Part shown: positions 24,972 to 37,818 of the stretch, one piece after another
How positions within the stretch are numbered: the stretch's first letter is position 1
How the letters are laid out: each line of letters begins with the position of its first letter
From: Raja brachyura
Taxonomy: Eukaryota
Assembly (NCBI GenBank): GCA_963514005.1
Contig: OY740783.1
Coordinates: forward strand, 43,214,001-43,278,000
Reading direction: 5' to 3'
DNA length: 64,000 nt
Translations under genes and position numbers: made by a program
The notes under the pieces: model-generated
The model's input: only the letters and a program-made list of their open reading frames with translations
Database searches by the model: none
Told to the model about the DNA's origin: nothing

Positions 24972-25282
24972 TTTTTTCCCCCAAAATAAACTTTATTCAG
25001 AATAATAAAATTGCATACAAAACAAGAGCAGTGCAAAGACTCTTCCAACCTTGACAGCCATACATATATACGCCAGCGTATTATTTGGTAGTGTTCACAA
25101 AACTATGATCATACCAGGCACCATTTCCACTAATGTGGCCCCCTAGGGTGATATCCCTACCCTTGTTTAAGGGGCATCTCCAACAGACTCTGCCCCATAA
25201 TGTCCAGCAGCAGAAGGACTCCCTTGTTAGACTGAATGCTAGGACTTTGCCTCCTCTGGTCAAGGAGGAACAGTGCAAAAAA
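24972..25282 (-). mobile_element. Poly(A)-type LINE 3' end (L1/Tx1-like?) nested in an old CR1 (about 24740-25860)
   Basis: Minus strand ends aataaagtttattttgggggaaaaaa; decayed CR1 sequence lies on both sides. Confidence 0.4.
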
Positions 25283-25283
25283 C

Positions 25284-25596
25284 AGGCACGGTGGCACAGC
25301 GGTAGAGTTGCTGTCTTACAGCACTTGCAGTGCCGGAGACCTGGGTTCAATCCCGACTACAGGTGCTGTTTGTACGGAGTTTGTATGTTCTCCCCGTGAT
25401 CGCGTGGGTTTTCTCCGAGATCTTTGGTTTCCTCCCACACTCCAAAGACATGCCGGTTGGTAGGTTAATTGGCTTGGTGTATGTGTAAATTGTCCCTAGT
25501 GTGTGTTGGATAAATGCAGGGATCGCAGGTCAGTGAGGACTCGGTAGGCTGAAGGGCCTGTTTCCTTGCTGTTTCTCGAAACTAAACTAAACTAAA
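25284..25596 (+). mobile_element. V-SINE (HE1-like), full length
   Basis: ggcacggtggcacagcggtagag...gggttcaatccc, V-domain and (taaac)n tail. Confidence 0.88.
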
Positions 25597-27574
25597 GGAA
25601 TTTAGAACCAAGGTCACAATGTTAGATAATAGGTGGGTTGGTTGGACTGCGTTGGGGAGCAATTTCTTTACTCCAAAGGGTGATAAATTTTTGGAATTCT
25701 CCACCTCTGAGGCTCAGTTGTTGAGTTCCTACAAAACAGATATTTCTGGACATTAAAATTATCATGGGGTCTGGAGATAGTATAGGAAAATTAGCATTGA
25801 AGTGGAAGTTCAGCCAAAATTTCTATCAAATGACCATTCAGCCTTCTCCTGCTCAAACTTGTTTTTATGGAAGCCATGGTAACAGCAGATAAAGAAAAAT
25901 TATGCTTTTTTTCCACAATTGTCAGTAAAACAATAGACAATAGACAATAGGTGCAGGAGTCAGCCATTCGGCTCTTCGAGCCAGCACTGCCATTCAATGT
26001 GATCATGGCTGATCATCCCCAATCAGTAACCTATTTGTGCTTTATCCCCATATCCCCTGACTCCGCTATCTTTAAGAGCCCTATCTAGTTCTCTCTTGAA
26101 AGTATCCAGAGAACCGGCCTCCACTGAGGCAGAGAATTCCACAGACTCACAACTCTCTGCTTGAAAAACCTTCAGACTCATTCCTTAACGGCTACATTAC
26201 TTCATTAAAACACATGCTGAGCATAGAGTTGCTCACCCATTCACAAAACCAAACGCCCGATGGCACAACAAGGATATACATATTTGTCCTTGTCATGAGG
26301 GTCAAAATAACTATTTGTCACTGTTGTGAAACCAATTACAGAAGACACCAATGGATTCAGCAATGATGGACCAGATTGCTGCTCATTATTCTGGCAGACT
26401 ATAATGAATGAGCTTTATTCTACCTAGAGCATTCATTCTGGCAAAGAACTCCTCCAAATAATGCCAAAGGGAATGTGACATGCAAAGGTGACCTGCAATG
26501 TAATTTTCAATAATGGCAGTCTGAAAAAAACAGTTGTTATTTATGCATAGAACAAACAACTTTCACCAATCCTGCTTCGCTTGATTTAAAGGACAAATAC
26601 TTTGGACAAACTGGTTAGAGTATATAAAATGATGAGATGCATAGATAGGGTAGTTAGAACTTTTTCCCTGGGTGGAAATATCAAAGACATGAGGGCTTAG
26701 TTTTAAGGTGAGAGGGGCAACATTTAAAGGAGATGTGTGGGGTAAGTTTTTTTTATATACATAGAGGGTGGTTGGTGCCTGGAATGTGCTGCTAAAGGTG
26801 GTGGTGGAGACAGATATGATAATGCCATTTGAAAAGCTTTTGGATAGGCATGTGGATATGCATGGGAATGGAGGGATTATGGATCACATGCAGGCAGAGA
26901 GGATTCGTTTAACAAGGCGTCATGTTGGTGAAAGGGTTCCTCACCAGTTCCCCTCTAAACTTCTATCCCCTTACCATAAACCTACCCATTAGCTTCAGAC
27001 ACATTGATGTTCTCCAGTTATTTAACATTCTCCTGTGGCCAGCGAAGATTCAAAAACCTCTGTCCAGATCTGTGAAATCTCCTATGCTTCCTATAGCAAC
27101 CTGGGTTAAATTCTATCAGGCCTAGGGATTTATCCACCTTCAAGCCCACAAAACTTCTAACAACTTCTCATTTTGTTCATTGGCTCCTTCCTGCATTCTC
27201 CACCTACAGTTTTCATCTCCTTCATGAATACATACAAGAAATATTCCTTGAAGTCCTGAACTAAATGCTCTGTGAACTTGGGAAGATCTTGTTCGCAACC
27301 GAATAGCCTTGGACTGACCCAAATTCTGTTTCCACAGCATGGATAGGTAGGAAAGCAGCTTCTAACCCACAGATGTAGCCCTATATCTGTCAGGCAATTA
27401 ACTGATTTCAAAGATGAAAAGAGCCAGAGTAATCAAATAACAATCTACTGACCAGACGTACTGACTAGGTGGTGAAAGTGAAAAATACCCTCCTTTGTGC
27501 ATTGACTGGTAACCTTTTGATCTCTTAAAAGTTTAAATTTCATTTAAAGGCATTTAAAGAAATTTGCAATGAAC

Positions 27575-28310
27575 CCAAATACTCTTGACAAATTTCTATA
27601 CATGCATAGTAGAAAGTATCCTGATTGCTTGCATCATAGCCTGGCACGGCAATTTCAACACAAGAGGCTGCAAAGAGTGGTGGACTCAGCCTGGTCCATC
27701 ACAGGCACAGCCTTACCCACCACCAAAAGCATTTACATTTAGCATTTACAGGTGTTAAAGGTTAAGGGGAGAAGGCAGGAGAATGGGGTTAGGAGGGAGA
27801 GATTGATCAGCCATAACTGAATGGCGGAGTAGACTTGATGGGCCGAATTCTGCTCCTATCACTTATGATCTTATGATCAGGTGCTGCCTCTAAATGTGGC
27901 ATTTATCATCAAGGATCACAACCTTCTGGGCTATGGCTTCTTTTTTGCTGCTAATCTCGGGCAGGATGTACAGAAGCCTAAAGTCCCACACCACCAGGTT
28001 CAGTAAAAGCAACTTGCCTACAACCAACAGGTTCTTGAACTGACCTTCACAGCCCTAATCCTACCTCAATTACAAAACACTATAGACCACCTCTTGCACT
28101 ATTGTGGATTTGTTTTCCAATTGTGTTTTGCACCACTCACATATTCTTGTTTTTGCAGTCATTTTTCTTTTTACTGTCTTGTACAATGTAAATATAATTC
28201 ATGTTTTGCATGTTGGCCGAGTGGATGTGCCTGTGTTGATGCTGCCAGTATGATTCTCAATGTATCCTGTACCTCACTAAACTTGTGCATGTGACAATAA
28301 ATATGATTTG
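27575..28310 (+). mobile_element. Degraded Rex1/Babar-like 3' fragment containing a nested CR1 3' end (about 27745-27880)
   Basis: Resembles 21480-21990 (gtagaaagtatcctga, aggctgcaaagagtggtg, caccaccaggttcag); ends gtgacaataaa. Confidence 0.65.
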
Positions 28311-29574
28311 ACATTAGACATTAAAGACAAAAAACAAGAAAAGGCTTCAACTTTTTGAAAGTTTAGGAAATATTCATATTTTGTAAAGAAAAATAAATTG
28401 CTTCCCAGTTACTCGTCTTTGCTATACTCAGAGTATAAAATCCTATGCAGGCAAATACTGTAGACTCAGCTACTATACCAGAAAGTGGTGGAACAAGCTC
28501 AAGAGACAGAATGGACTGCTGAATAGAATTATAACATCCATCCTGACTGAAAAAAATATTATTAAAGCCATTAACTAGTTCCTGTTACCATATTGATTAA
28601 ACCAGGTGGCTGTGTATAGTTTGCAAAGTTTTTCACCACAGCTTCATTGCAGTTTAGCATCAGCTGTAGCATTAATGCAATCATTCCATTTGTGCGTGTG
28701 TTTGTGTTTGTTTATTTGTGTCTCTGTGTGTGGGATGGGGAACGATGATACAAGAGACCAGGGATAGAAAGGGGTGTGGAGGTGTTGGATGAAAGTTAAG
28801 GCTTTCATGAGCTACTGTTGGCCCTAAAAGCTAAAAGCTTGGTAATTTTCATTCCTAATATAGAATACAGTCATTCCTACCCATGATTGTGCTTTATGCC
28901 ACACTGTGTGTTCTAAACTAATTCTGCTGATGAGGTGGACTCAGTTGGCAGGAAACCAACAATAATTGGATTTCAGTTTTACTGAGAATACTGTATGTGG
29001 AATCAAATATGACTTTTCTTGCTCTAGGCCATTTAAAAATTTTTATGGTCAACTGTGATCTAATCAAGCAAGTTGTTCATAACTGTGGCTCAGTGATCAC
29101 TGTACAGCTGATGTTGGTTGTGCCGTACTCGCCATAACCCCGTGCTCTTCAGAATTCAAGGGGTGGGGGGTTGATGCGTATCTGACAATCTCCCACAATC
29201 TCGATACAGATTTGGCCATCAAGAACTACTGTGCTCCAAATTTTGGCCTTGTTAAGTAGTGGTTGGAAGTCAAGCGCAATCCTTTTTGGGATAGGACTAA
29301 ATACATCAACTTTTCTATAATGAATGTTTCCTCATAAGCTTATTCACAGAAATTACTCCTCCATTTCCATAAACCCAGCTATCTGCACAACGCTCTCTTC
29401 CAACTTATGGATGCACTATTTATGGAAATGGAGAGATTAAACTTATTGTGAGTCATTTAGTATTTACTTAGTTTTCCCATAAAATTTTGAAGGAAAGTTA
29501 GTTTGAAATTGGTGCAATAAAAGTGGGTGCAGCTCGTCAAACGTCCATCTTCACGCCCAGGAACATCACACAAT

Positions 29575-29670
29575 GAAGAAGGGTCTCCATCCGAAATGTC
29601 ACCCATTCCATCTCTTCAGAGATGCTGTCTGTCCCGCTGAGTTGCACCAGCTTTTTGTGTCTATCTTCAC
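29575..29670 (+). mobile_element. Penelope-derived hammerhead module
   Basis: tgaagaagggtctccatccgaaatgtcacccattcc...gagttgcaccagc; cacaatgaa occurs on both sides (possible TSD). Confidence 0.75.
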
Positions 29671-29840
29671 ACAATGAAAAGGATACTCCGCGATGAGCCA
29701 GTGCCACCCTACATACTCTGTCGAGGTATGGTGGTTTCCTTAAAAGTACAGTTCAAGTTACACCCGACAGGAAATGTAAGAGGCACATCCTGGCAGTGCC
29801 ACTTTCAGTGAACTATGGAGAATAAGATTTGTCAACCTAC

Positions 29841-30094
29841 CTGGTGTGCAGTTGCTTTGCTGTCTGAACGAAGCAAGATTGGTCTGTCTCCTTCAGAACC
29901 TCTTGTGCATAACCCACCAATCCACTATTTTCCAGCATTCCCTGGCATTCATCCATTTGGCATTGCAATCTCTCCAACTTTGAGGTACGGCTGTCCTCAA
30001 TCGACTTGATAAGCTTCAGCTTGCGCTGTTCCAAGATGCTGCACAGCTTGTCAATTAAATTAGTGGCATCCGTTCTTGACTTCTCTCCATTTCT
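29841..30094 (-). CDS. TRIM46: TRIM46/TRIM36-family exon: coiled coil 2 and start of COS box (254 nt, phase 0 to 2)
   Basis: RNGEKSRTDATNLIDKLCSILEQRKLKLIKSIEDSRTSKLERLQCQMDECQGMLENSGLVGYAQEVLKETDQSCFVQTAKQLHT(R), within ORF 29837..30190. Boundaries ttgcag|AGA and AG|gtaggt. Confidence 0.96.
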
Positions 30095-30167
30095 CTGCAA
30101 AAAAGTTAAATACAAAAGGGTTGTGTCTTCATGTAATGTTTCACTTAATTTGTTACATCCCATGAAT

Positions 30168-30360
30168 GGCACAAAATGCTGGAGTAACACAGTGGGGCAG
30201 CATCATCTCGGGAGAAGATGATATGGTGATGTTTCTGAAGTCTGAAGAAGGGTCCCGCCCTGAATCGTCACCTATCTATGTTCTCCAGAATTGCTCCAAT
30301 ATTGAGTTACTCCAATATTTTGTGTCTTTCTTTGATATTCTAGCTTCTGCAGTTCTTTGT
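30168..30360. mobile_element. Penelope-derived inverted-pair module
   Basis: caaaatgctggagtaac ... gttactccaatattttg; lies about 75 nt from the acceptor of the coiled-coil-2 exon. Confidence 0.72.
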
Positions 30361-31469
30361 TATTACATTGTTCCATCTTATACGTGCTAGACTGTTACAT
30401 TGGTTGACTTTAGTGCAAACTAAACCCTTCCACCTGAATTTAACTTTAAGACCCATGATATCGCTTGTTTAGACCCATGATATCGCTTGTTTTGTGATGG
30501 AAGTATTATGCCTCTGGCTTATCAATCTTAACAAAGCATTCTTTACACTACAAGTAGACTCAGTTAACGGAGGGCTTTTGTTAAATCTGAGAACCTGGAA
30601 TGTCACTGCTGGGCAGCTCTGAGTCAGCACTGGGTGCATACTTCCCTGAGTAATTAACTGAATTATTTAGTGGGTCTTATTAGTGAGGGATTTATTAACA
30701 CTGCTCTCTTCCTCCACATATAAACCTATTATTTCAAAACTGCATTCCGCCCACACTTTAAAATCAATCAGACTAGGCTATCATGCTCATCAGCATATTG
30801 ATTTTTATCTAAACATTTTCAGAGAAAGATTTCTATACAGTTAGTATGTTGATACTGAATGGGGATAACTGTCATGTTTTTGCTGGTGCTCTATGACAGG
30901 CTTTGCTGCAGTAGTTAATTATCATAACACCAGTATTTCTCCAGCAGCAAATTACTGATGATGCAGGAAACCTGTAATCTGACACAAAGACATAAAATAA
31001 CTCAACTGAGTCTAGGATCATTTTGTGGCTGGAGAAACAGAGGACATTTTAATTCTGATGAAAGAACATTGAGCTGTAATGTTAACTGCCTCTCGCTCCA
31101 CAGAAGTGGCCCAGTTTGCTGAGTAACGCTTGCATTCTCTGCTTAAGGGTTTCCTTCTCATTGAACCACAGATATCCTCAGCCCTGTTTTGAATTATGTC
31201 CATTGATCCTCCTAGGGATCTTTGGCCAACCACTGCAGCAAATGGATAGAACATGCCTGCTTGTGCTTAAAAACGCAATTAGAAAGCTACAACATAGAAA
31301 GTGCTGCACCATGAAAAATGGTTCTTTCTTTATTTCACACCTTTCAACCTGCAGACAGTGAAGAAAGTATCTCATTGTCCTATCTGGGACACATGACAAT
31401 AAAACTCTCTTGACACTTGACTCTTGAAATATAGCTACTTTGGCAGATTACAATTATAGCAGCCAATAT

Positions 31470-31735
31470 GCACACAGCAAGCTTCCACCTACTGCTGTGC
31501 GATGAGAGCCTTTCAGTGAATTTGTGTGAAGGATAAATATTGGCCAGGGCAACAGGGAAAGATGCCTTGCGATTTGTGAAAGAGTGCCATTAGATCTGTT
31601 AGTTCTGCCTGAGAGAGCAGACACTTTACCCCTTTCCAAAACATGCATATTCAGCAGCTCACTACTAGACTGTCCACTAGACTAGATTTCGGTGGTCAAG
31701 TCTCTGAAGTTGGATTTAAATAGGAAGTTTCTGAC
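31470..31735 (-). mobile_element. Ancient Deu-domain SINE (SacSINE1/AmnSINE-like), decayed
   Basis: ggataaatattggccaggg...agtgccattagatct...cctgagagagcagac...tagattt...tcaagtctctgaagt resembles the reverse complement of the DeuSINE consensus as recalled. A second fragment lies at about 33385-33500. Confidence 0.6.
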
Positions 31736-31798
31736 AGAAACATACATCTACCAATGGAGACGTGGCTCACACACTTTAAATTCAAACAGATAAGCATC

Positions 31799-31992
31799 CA
31801 GTCTGAAGACATGTCTCAACATGAAACATCTGAAGAAGGGTTTCGGCCGGAAACGTCGCCCATTCCTTCTCTCTAGAGATGCTGCCTCACCGGCTGAGTT
31901 ACTCCAGCATTTTGTATCTACCTTCGATGAAATGTCATCTACCCATCTACCTCCACAGACGTTGCTTGACCTGTTGAGTTCCTCCAGCAATA
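31799..31992 (+). mobile_element. Two nested Penelope-derived hammerhead modules
   Basis: Outer CTGAAGA at 31803; inner CTGAAGA at 31830 with GAAACGTC at 31850; outer module resumes at 31927. Confidence 0.75.
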
Positions 31993-32159
31993 TGTTTAAT
32001 ACTCAGCCACCCATTGAAAGGCCTTCCTAAATATTACACCTGGACAGACCTTGAAAATCAATAGTCATGGGTCCATTCCTCCTCCTCCTCACTCCCCAGC
32101 TGAAATGTAACCACAGGCCTTAAGGTTTTTCAAGTGAGAAGTGGGTAGCCAGAACTATA

Positions 32160-32598
32160 GAATCTACATCGGCGAGACCAGGTGCAGGCTTGGCGATCGC
32201 TTCGCCCAACACCTACACTCAGTTCGCACTAATCAACCTGATCTCTGGTGGCTCAGCACTTCAACTCCCTCTCCGAATCTGACCTTTCTGTCCTGGGCCT
32301 CCTCCATGGCCAGAGTGAGGCCCAGCGCAAATTGGAGGAACAGCACCTCATATTTTGCTTAGGTAGTTCACACCCCAGCGGTATGAACATTGACTTCTCT
32401 AATTTCAGATAGTCCTTGCTTTCTCCCACCTTCCCCTCCCCCTTCCCAGCTCCCCCACAAGCCTACTGTATCCGCTTCGTCCTTTCTACCCCCCCCCAAT
32501 TGTCTGAAGAAGGGTCGGACCCTGAATCGTCACCTATTCCTTCTCCTCATAGACGCTGCCTTACCCACTAAGTTTCTCCAGCATTTTTGTCTACCTTT
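32160..32598 (+). mobile_element. Penelope-like 3' fragment: GIY-YIG endonuclease remnant plus terminal module
   Basis: IYIGETRCRLGDRFAQHLHSVR; CTGAAGA at 32504 (GAAA mutated to GAAT). Confidence 0.88.
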
Positions 32599-32629
32599 AG
32601 AATCAACCCCATCATTCTTATTTTACAGT

Positions 32630-32953
32630 AGTTTAGTTTAGTTTACTTTAGTTTAGTTTAATTTAGTGATACAATCAAAGCAAAAACATGCTATTCAGCC
32701 CATCGAGTCCACGCTGACCAGCAACCCCCGCACATTAACACTACCATACACACACTAGGGATACTTTAGTTATACCAAGCTAATTAGCCTACAAATCTGT
32801 ACATCTTTGGAGTGTGGAAGGAAACTGGAGATCCCGGAGTAAACCGACACAGGTCACTGAGAGATCGTGCAAACTCTGTACAGACAAGCCCCCGTAGTCT
32901 GGGTCTCTGGTGCTGTGAGGCAGCAATTCTACCTCTGCGCTACCATGACGCCC
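32630..32953 (-). mobile_element. V-SINE (HE1-like)
   Basis: (gttta)n tail followed by the reverse complement of the SINE body. Confidence 0.82.
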
Positions 32954-33761
32954 TAATGATGCCATCATTAAAAATTAGTAGTCTCCTTCAAGCCTGGATG
33001 TGATGGATAGTGTTGACATTGTTGAGCTATGAGTGGGATTGGTGGAGGCGAGTGGCTTGTGATGGTCACATGTCTTTGCTCTCTGGATACTTTCAAGAGA
33101 GAGCTAGATAGGGGTCTTAAAGATAGCGGAGTCAGGTGATATGCGGAGAAGGCAGTAATGGGGTACTGATTGGGGATGATCAGCCATGATCACATTGAAT
33201 GGTGTTGCTGGTCAAAGGGCCAAATGGCCTACTCCTGCATCTATTGTCTATTGTCTATTGTTAAATGACAAATCAACCAGGTGTTTTATTGAGAGCAACA
33301 TTGAAACATAATTACTACAGATACAGCCAAGCCTGCTTTTGCAGAACTTCAAAGAGTGTCCATTTTATCTACCCATAATTCAAGAGGTGAGGTGCTAATG
33401 TGCACACCGCAAGGTTCCACCAACTACTGTGTGATGAGAGTGGAGTCTTTCAGTGAAATTGTGGGAAGGATAAATATTGGCCAGGGCAACAGGGAAGAGG
33501 TGAGTGAGAAATTGGTTACATGCAAGGCAGCTGCTGTTGCCAGATCAGAGGACAGAGCTCTATGAAAGACCCTTAAGAATTATCAGCCCTCGTGGTACCC
33601 GTTCCAAGTCAAATTGAATAAGAGTACAGAAAACAGAGAAAAATAAATTAAATGACTGATTGGTCTCCAATCAGAACAAAACACAAAATGCATTAATTGG
33701 ATTTTCACTCTTCAATTTCCACCAAATCGCTGAAGAACTCAACAAAGTACTGGAATGACAG

Positions 33762-34765
33762 CCAGTGACTAGTGGGGTACCACAAGGCTCGGTGCTGGGA
33801 CCGCAGCTATTTACAATATATATCAATGATTTAGATGAAGGGATTCAAAGTAACATTAGCAAATTTGCAGCTGACACAAAGCTGGGTGGCAGTGTGAACT
33901 GTGAGGAGGATGCTATGAGAATGCAGGGTGACTTGGACAGGCTGGGTGATGCATGGCAGATGCAGTTTAATGTGAATAAATGTGAGGTTATCAATTTTGG
34001 TAGCAAAAACAGGAAGGCAGATTATTATCTAAATGGTGCCAAGTTGGGAAAAGGGGAAGTACAACAGGATCTGGGAGGTCCTTATTCATCAGTCAATGAA
34101 AGTAAGCATGCATTTACAGTAGGCAGTGAAGAAAGCGAATGGCATGTTGGCCTTCATAACAAGAGGAGTTCAGTAAAGGAGCAAAGAGGTCCTTCTGCAG
34201 TTGTACAGGGCCCTAGTGAGACCACACCTGCAGTATTGGTCCCCTAATTTGAGGAAGGACATTCTTGCTATTGAGGGAGTGCAGTGTAGGTTTACAACGT
34301 TAATTCCCGGGATGGCTGGACTGTCATATGCTGAGAGAATGGAGAGGCTGGGCTTGTATACTCTGGAATTTTGAAGGATGAAAGGGGATCTTATTGAAAC
34401 ATATAAGATTATTAAGGGTTTTGACACGCTAGAGGCAGGAAACATGTTCCCGATGTTGGGGGCGTCCAGAACCAGGGGCCACAGTTTAAGAATAAGGGGT
34501 AAACCATTTAGAATGGAGATGAGGAAACACTTTTTCAGACAGAGAGTTGTATCTGTGTAATTCTCTGCCTCAGAGGGCAGTGGAGGCCGGATCTCTGGAT
34601 ACTTTCAAGAGAGTGCTTGTTAGGGCTCTTAAAGATAGCAGAGTCTGGAGATATGGGGAGAAGGCAGGAACGGGATACTGATTGGGGATGATCAGCCATG
34701 ATCACATTGAATAGCAGTCCTGGTATGAATGGCCGAATGGCCTACTCCCCAACCTATTTTCTCTT
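33762..34765 (+). mobile_element. CR1 LINE 3' ~1 kb with RT remnant
   Basis: SGVPQGSVLGPQLFTIYINDLD...ISKFAADTKLGG; stops and frameshifts present. Confidence 0.93.
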
Positions 34766-35423
34766 GTCCATAAAACTCTAATAATCTTCTGTCCCATTTT
34801 TTTGAATTGCCAGAGGTTCAGAACCTGTCTTGCCAGCTGGTGCTTCCTGTTAAACTCACCAGGGCCTACTTCCTGCATTCCTATGAAATTCAGTTTTTGC
34901 ATTCCCTTTAAATTTACACAAATGGGTCAGTGGAAAATGTTTTACACCACGGTGTAATCTTAAAACAAAAGTCAATTGGTAGTGTATTATGATATAACTG
35001 CAATAGGAATAACATACAATAATCTAGAAAATCTACTGAGTACCAAAGTCCTGAGAGTGCTGGAAATTTACTGTAGATGAATGATACACCTTGTGGCAAT
35101 CAAAGGTGGAACTCACTGTGTCTACCAGCTCTGAATCAAAGAGCCATGTGTTTAAGCCCATGGGATTCCAGTACAAAATTAGTAGCAAAACCAGAGCTTG
35201 CTGCTAATGGCAAACTGCCCACACTTGCCACTAGCCTAAAATGAAAGAACAAGCTTAACCTTTATAAATGCACAGTTATGACATTGTGCGCTCAGAGTAC
35301 CTTGGTCTTCAATGGTGAGGCTGCACAGAGTTCCTCTTAAGACAGTTGCTCTTGGGTAAGAACGAGTTACAGCCTCAGGCTAAAGAAATTCCTCCTCATC
35401 TCCTTTCTAAAGGTATATCCTTT

Positions 35424-35665
35424 GGGAGAACCGCTGTGAGGGAGGTGGGGGGAGAACAATGGTCAATAAGGGGAGGGGGGCGACACAGTATAATGAGGAG
35501 ACGGCATGGGGGAATCCCTGTGGATGGGGGGGTGGCAAAAGGAGGGGCCGACGTGTTTTGTAACTTTGCCAGCCTTGTAGGTGGCTGCTATTTGGATACA
35601 TTGTGTATGCAAGCAAAGAATCTCATTGTGCCTAGTCACATGTGACAATAAAGTATTCCTATTCC
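35424..35665 (+). mobile_element. Short retroelement with Rex1-type tail inserted in a CR1 fragment
   Basis: tatccttt occurs on both sides (8-bp TSD); ends catgtgacaataaagtattcctattcc. Confidence 0.6.
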
Positions 35666-36630
35666 TATCCTTTTATTCTCAGGCTGAGCCCTCTGGTCCT
35701 GGACTCTCCCACTACTGGAAACATCCTCTCCACATCCACTCTATATAGGCCTTTCAGTATTCGGTAATTTCAATGAGATCCCCCCTCGTCCTTCTAAACT
35801 CCAGCGAGTATAGGCCCAGAGTTATCAAACGCCCTTCATACATTAGACCAATCATCTCTAGGATCATTCTTGTAATCCTTGCTTTTATATTTTGGCCCTC
35901 TCGAAATGAACTAACATTCCATTTGCCTACACCTTTATTCATTCTACTAAAATGCATGACCATACACTTAGCTACGCTGTATTCCCATGACCACTATTTT
36001 GCCCACTCTCCCAACCTGTCCAAATCCTTCTGCATTACCTGCCCCTCCACCAATCCTCATATCATCTCCACGAAGCCATCAATTCCATCATCCAGATCAG
36101 TAACACACAGCACGAAAACAGCCCCTTTGGCACAACTTGCCCACACCAACCAACATGTCCTATCTACACAAATCCCACATGCTTGCATTTGGCCAATATC
36201 CCTCTAAACCTATCCTATCCATATACCTGTCTAAATGTTTCTTAAATGTTCCAATAGTACCTGCCTCATCTACCTTCTCTGGCAGCTCATTGCATACACC
36301 TTGCTGTTAAAAAGTTACTCTTCAGGTTCCTATTAAGTCTCCCCACCCCCACCTTAAACCTATGTCCTCTGGTTCTCAATTCCCCTAATCTGAGCAAGAG
36401 ACTATTTGCCTTTACCTGATCTATTCCTCTCATGATTTTGTACACCTCCATAAGATCACCCTCTCATCCTCCTTTGCTCCAAGGAATAGAGACCTAGCCT
36501 GCTCAACCTCTCCCTACAGCTCAGGATCTAGAATCCTGGCAGTCTTCGTAAATCTTCTCCGCACCCTTTCCAGCTTGACACCATCTTTCCTTTGACATGA
36601 TGACCTAACAGCTCAATACGCCAAATGTGG
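35666..36630 (-). mobile_element. Cluster of CR1 fragments
   Basis: LGLYSLEFRRTRGDLIE (ORF 35754..35963); a second subfamily fragment at about 36100-36630. Confidence 0.8.
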
Positions 36631-36879
36631 CCTTTTATCTTGTTTATGTGCCTTACGTGCGGAATCGTATCAAAGGCCTTATCTGCCTGATTAGTTTACA
36701 ACTCCATGGCATGAACATTGAATTCTCCAATTTACTGCAACCCAAGACCATCTTTCTTTTTTTCGGTCCTCGTATCCACCTCCCCCTCCCCCTCTCCCCA
36801 TGCACAACTGCTCACTCCTCCTCTGTTGTTTCCATCTGCCACTTTCCCTTCTAATATACAGTAGTTCCACTGTTCACAC

Positions 36880-37357
36880 ACCAAGAATAGTTTGGTGACT
36901 ACTGGAGAGACAGTTGACGGCACGGAAAGATGGCACCCGGGAAAGGCTAGGTTAGCACCCCAGTCTGTGTCTTTCGTGATAAAGACACACAACAAAGTTA
37001 CGGAAAGGCCTAATGAACCATCGTGGCCTAAACATCCATCAGGCGAGAATGAAATGCTCGGAGAAGGAGAAAGAGGTGCAGCGCACAGGCCTTGAACCTG
37101 GTGAGATGCAGGAGGAGGCCGGCCGGGAGTCACCCCACAGAGCCCAGTGCTAGAGTCTCCCAACCCCTGCAGAGCAGTTATTAAGATGGCTGATCCGTGG
37201 GCGGTTGCTGCTGGGACGCAAGTCGGGGCCTGATCAACCCCGGCTGGGTCGCCTGGGCGAGGGTGTCCGATGTTGTGAGACCCGAAACACCCGATGACCC
37301 CAGGTCACATCACTGAGGATGCATCCCAGCTCATCTAGAAGATGTATATTTTTCACA
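36880..37357 (+). mobile_element. Short non-autonomous non-LTR element, copy 2 (Hero-like derivative)
   Basis: Starts ACCAAGAATAGT and ends gatgtatatttttcaca, the same ends as copy 1 at 12424-12906. Confidence 0.65.
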
Positions 37358-37459
37358 CTTTGCTATCAGATTCCTGAATCTGCAGCCTTCGCCTTCCCGC
37401 CTATAATCTGACATCTGAATTTCCCCTGAAAAGGGGATTAATATAGTAACTTATTAAAG

Positions 37460-37534
<75 letters not shown>
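37460..37534 (+). repeat. (TATC)n tetranucleotide microsatellite
   Basis: Perfect run of about 18-19 units. Confidence 0.97.
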
Positions 37535-37535
<1 letters not shown>

Positions 37536-37639
37536 ACCTTCCAGTTTCCATTGCTATCTCTACTCTTCCATCCCCCACCTGACTGTTATTTTCCAATCAA
37601 CCCCGCCTCACCTATATTCACCCACCACTTGTGTAGGAG

Positions 37640-37818
37640 GTAGACACAAAATGCTGGAGTAACTCAGCGGTACAGGCAGCATCCCTGGAGAGAAGGAATG
37701 GGTGACGTTTTGGGTTGGGTCTGGAGGAATGGTCTCGGCACAAAACGTCACCTATTCCTTCTCTCTAGAGATGCTGTCTGTCCTGCTGAGCTACTCCAAT
37801 ATTTTGTGTCTACCTTCC
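37640..37818. mobile_element. Penelope-derived inverted-pair module inside an older related element
   Basis: gtagacacaaaatgctggagtaactcagc ... gctgagctactccaatattttgtgtctac. Confidence 0.78.

Noticed and set aside
25284-25360. tRNA-like sequence with A and B boxes as a tRNA gene
   Set aside because: It is the head of a V-SINE, continuing into the V-domain and tail; no complete cloverleaf.
30450-30493. Small perfect tandem duplications (also about 4230-4270 and 18066-18102)
   Set aside because: Ordinary 21-22 bp slippage duplications with no sign of function.
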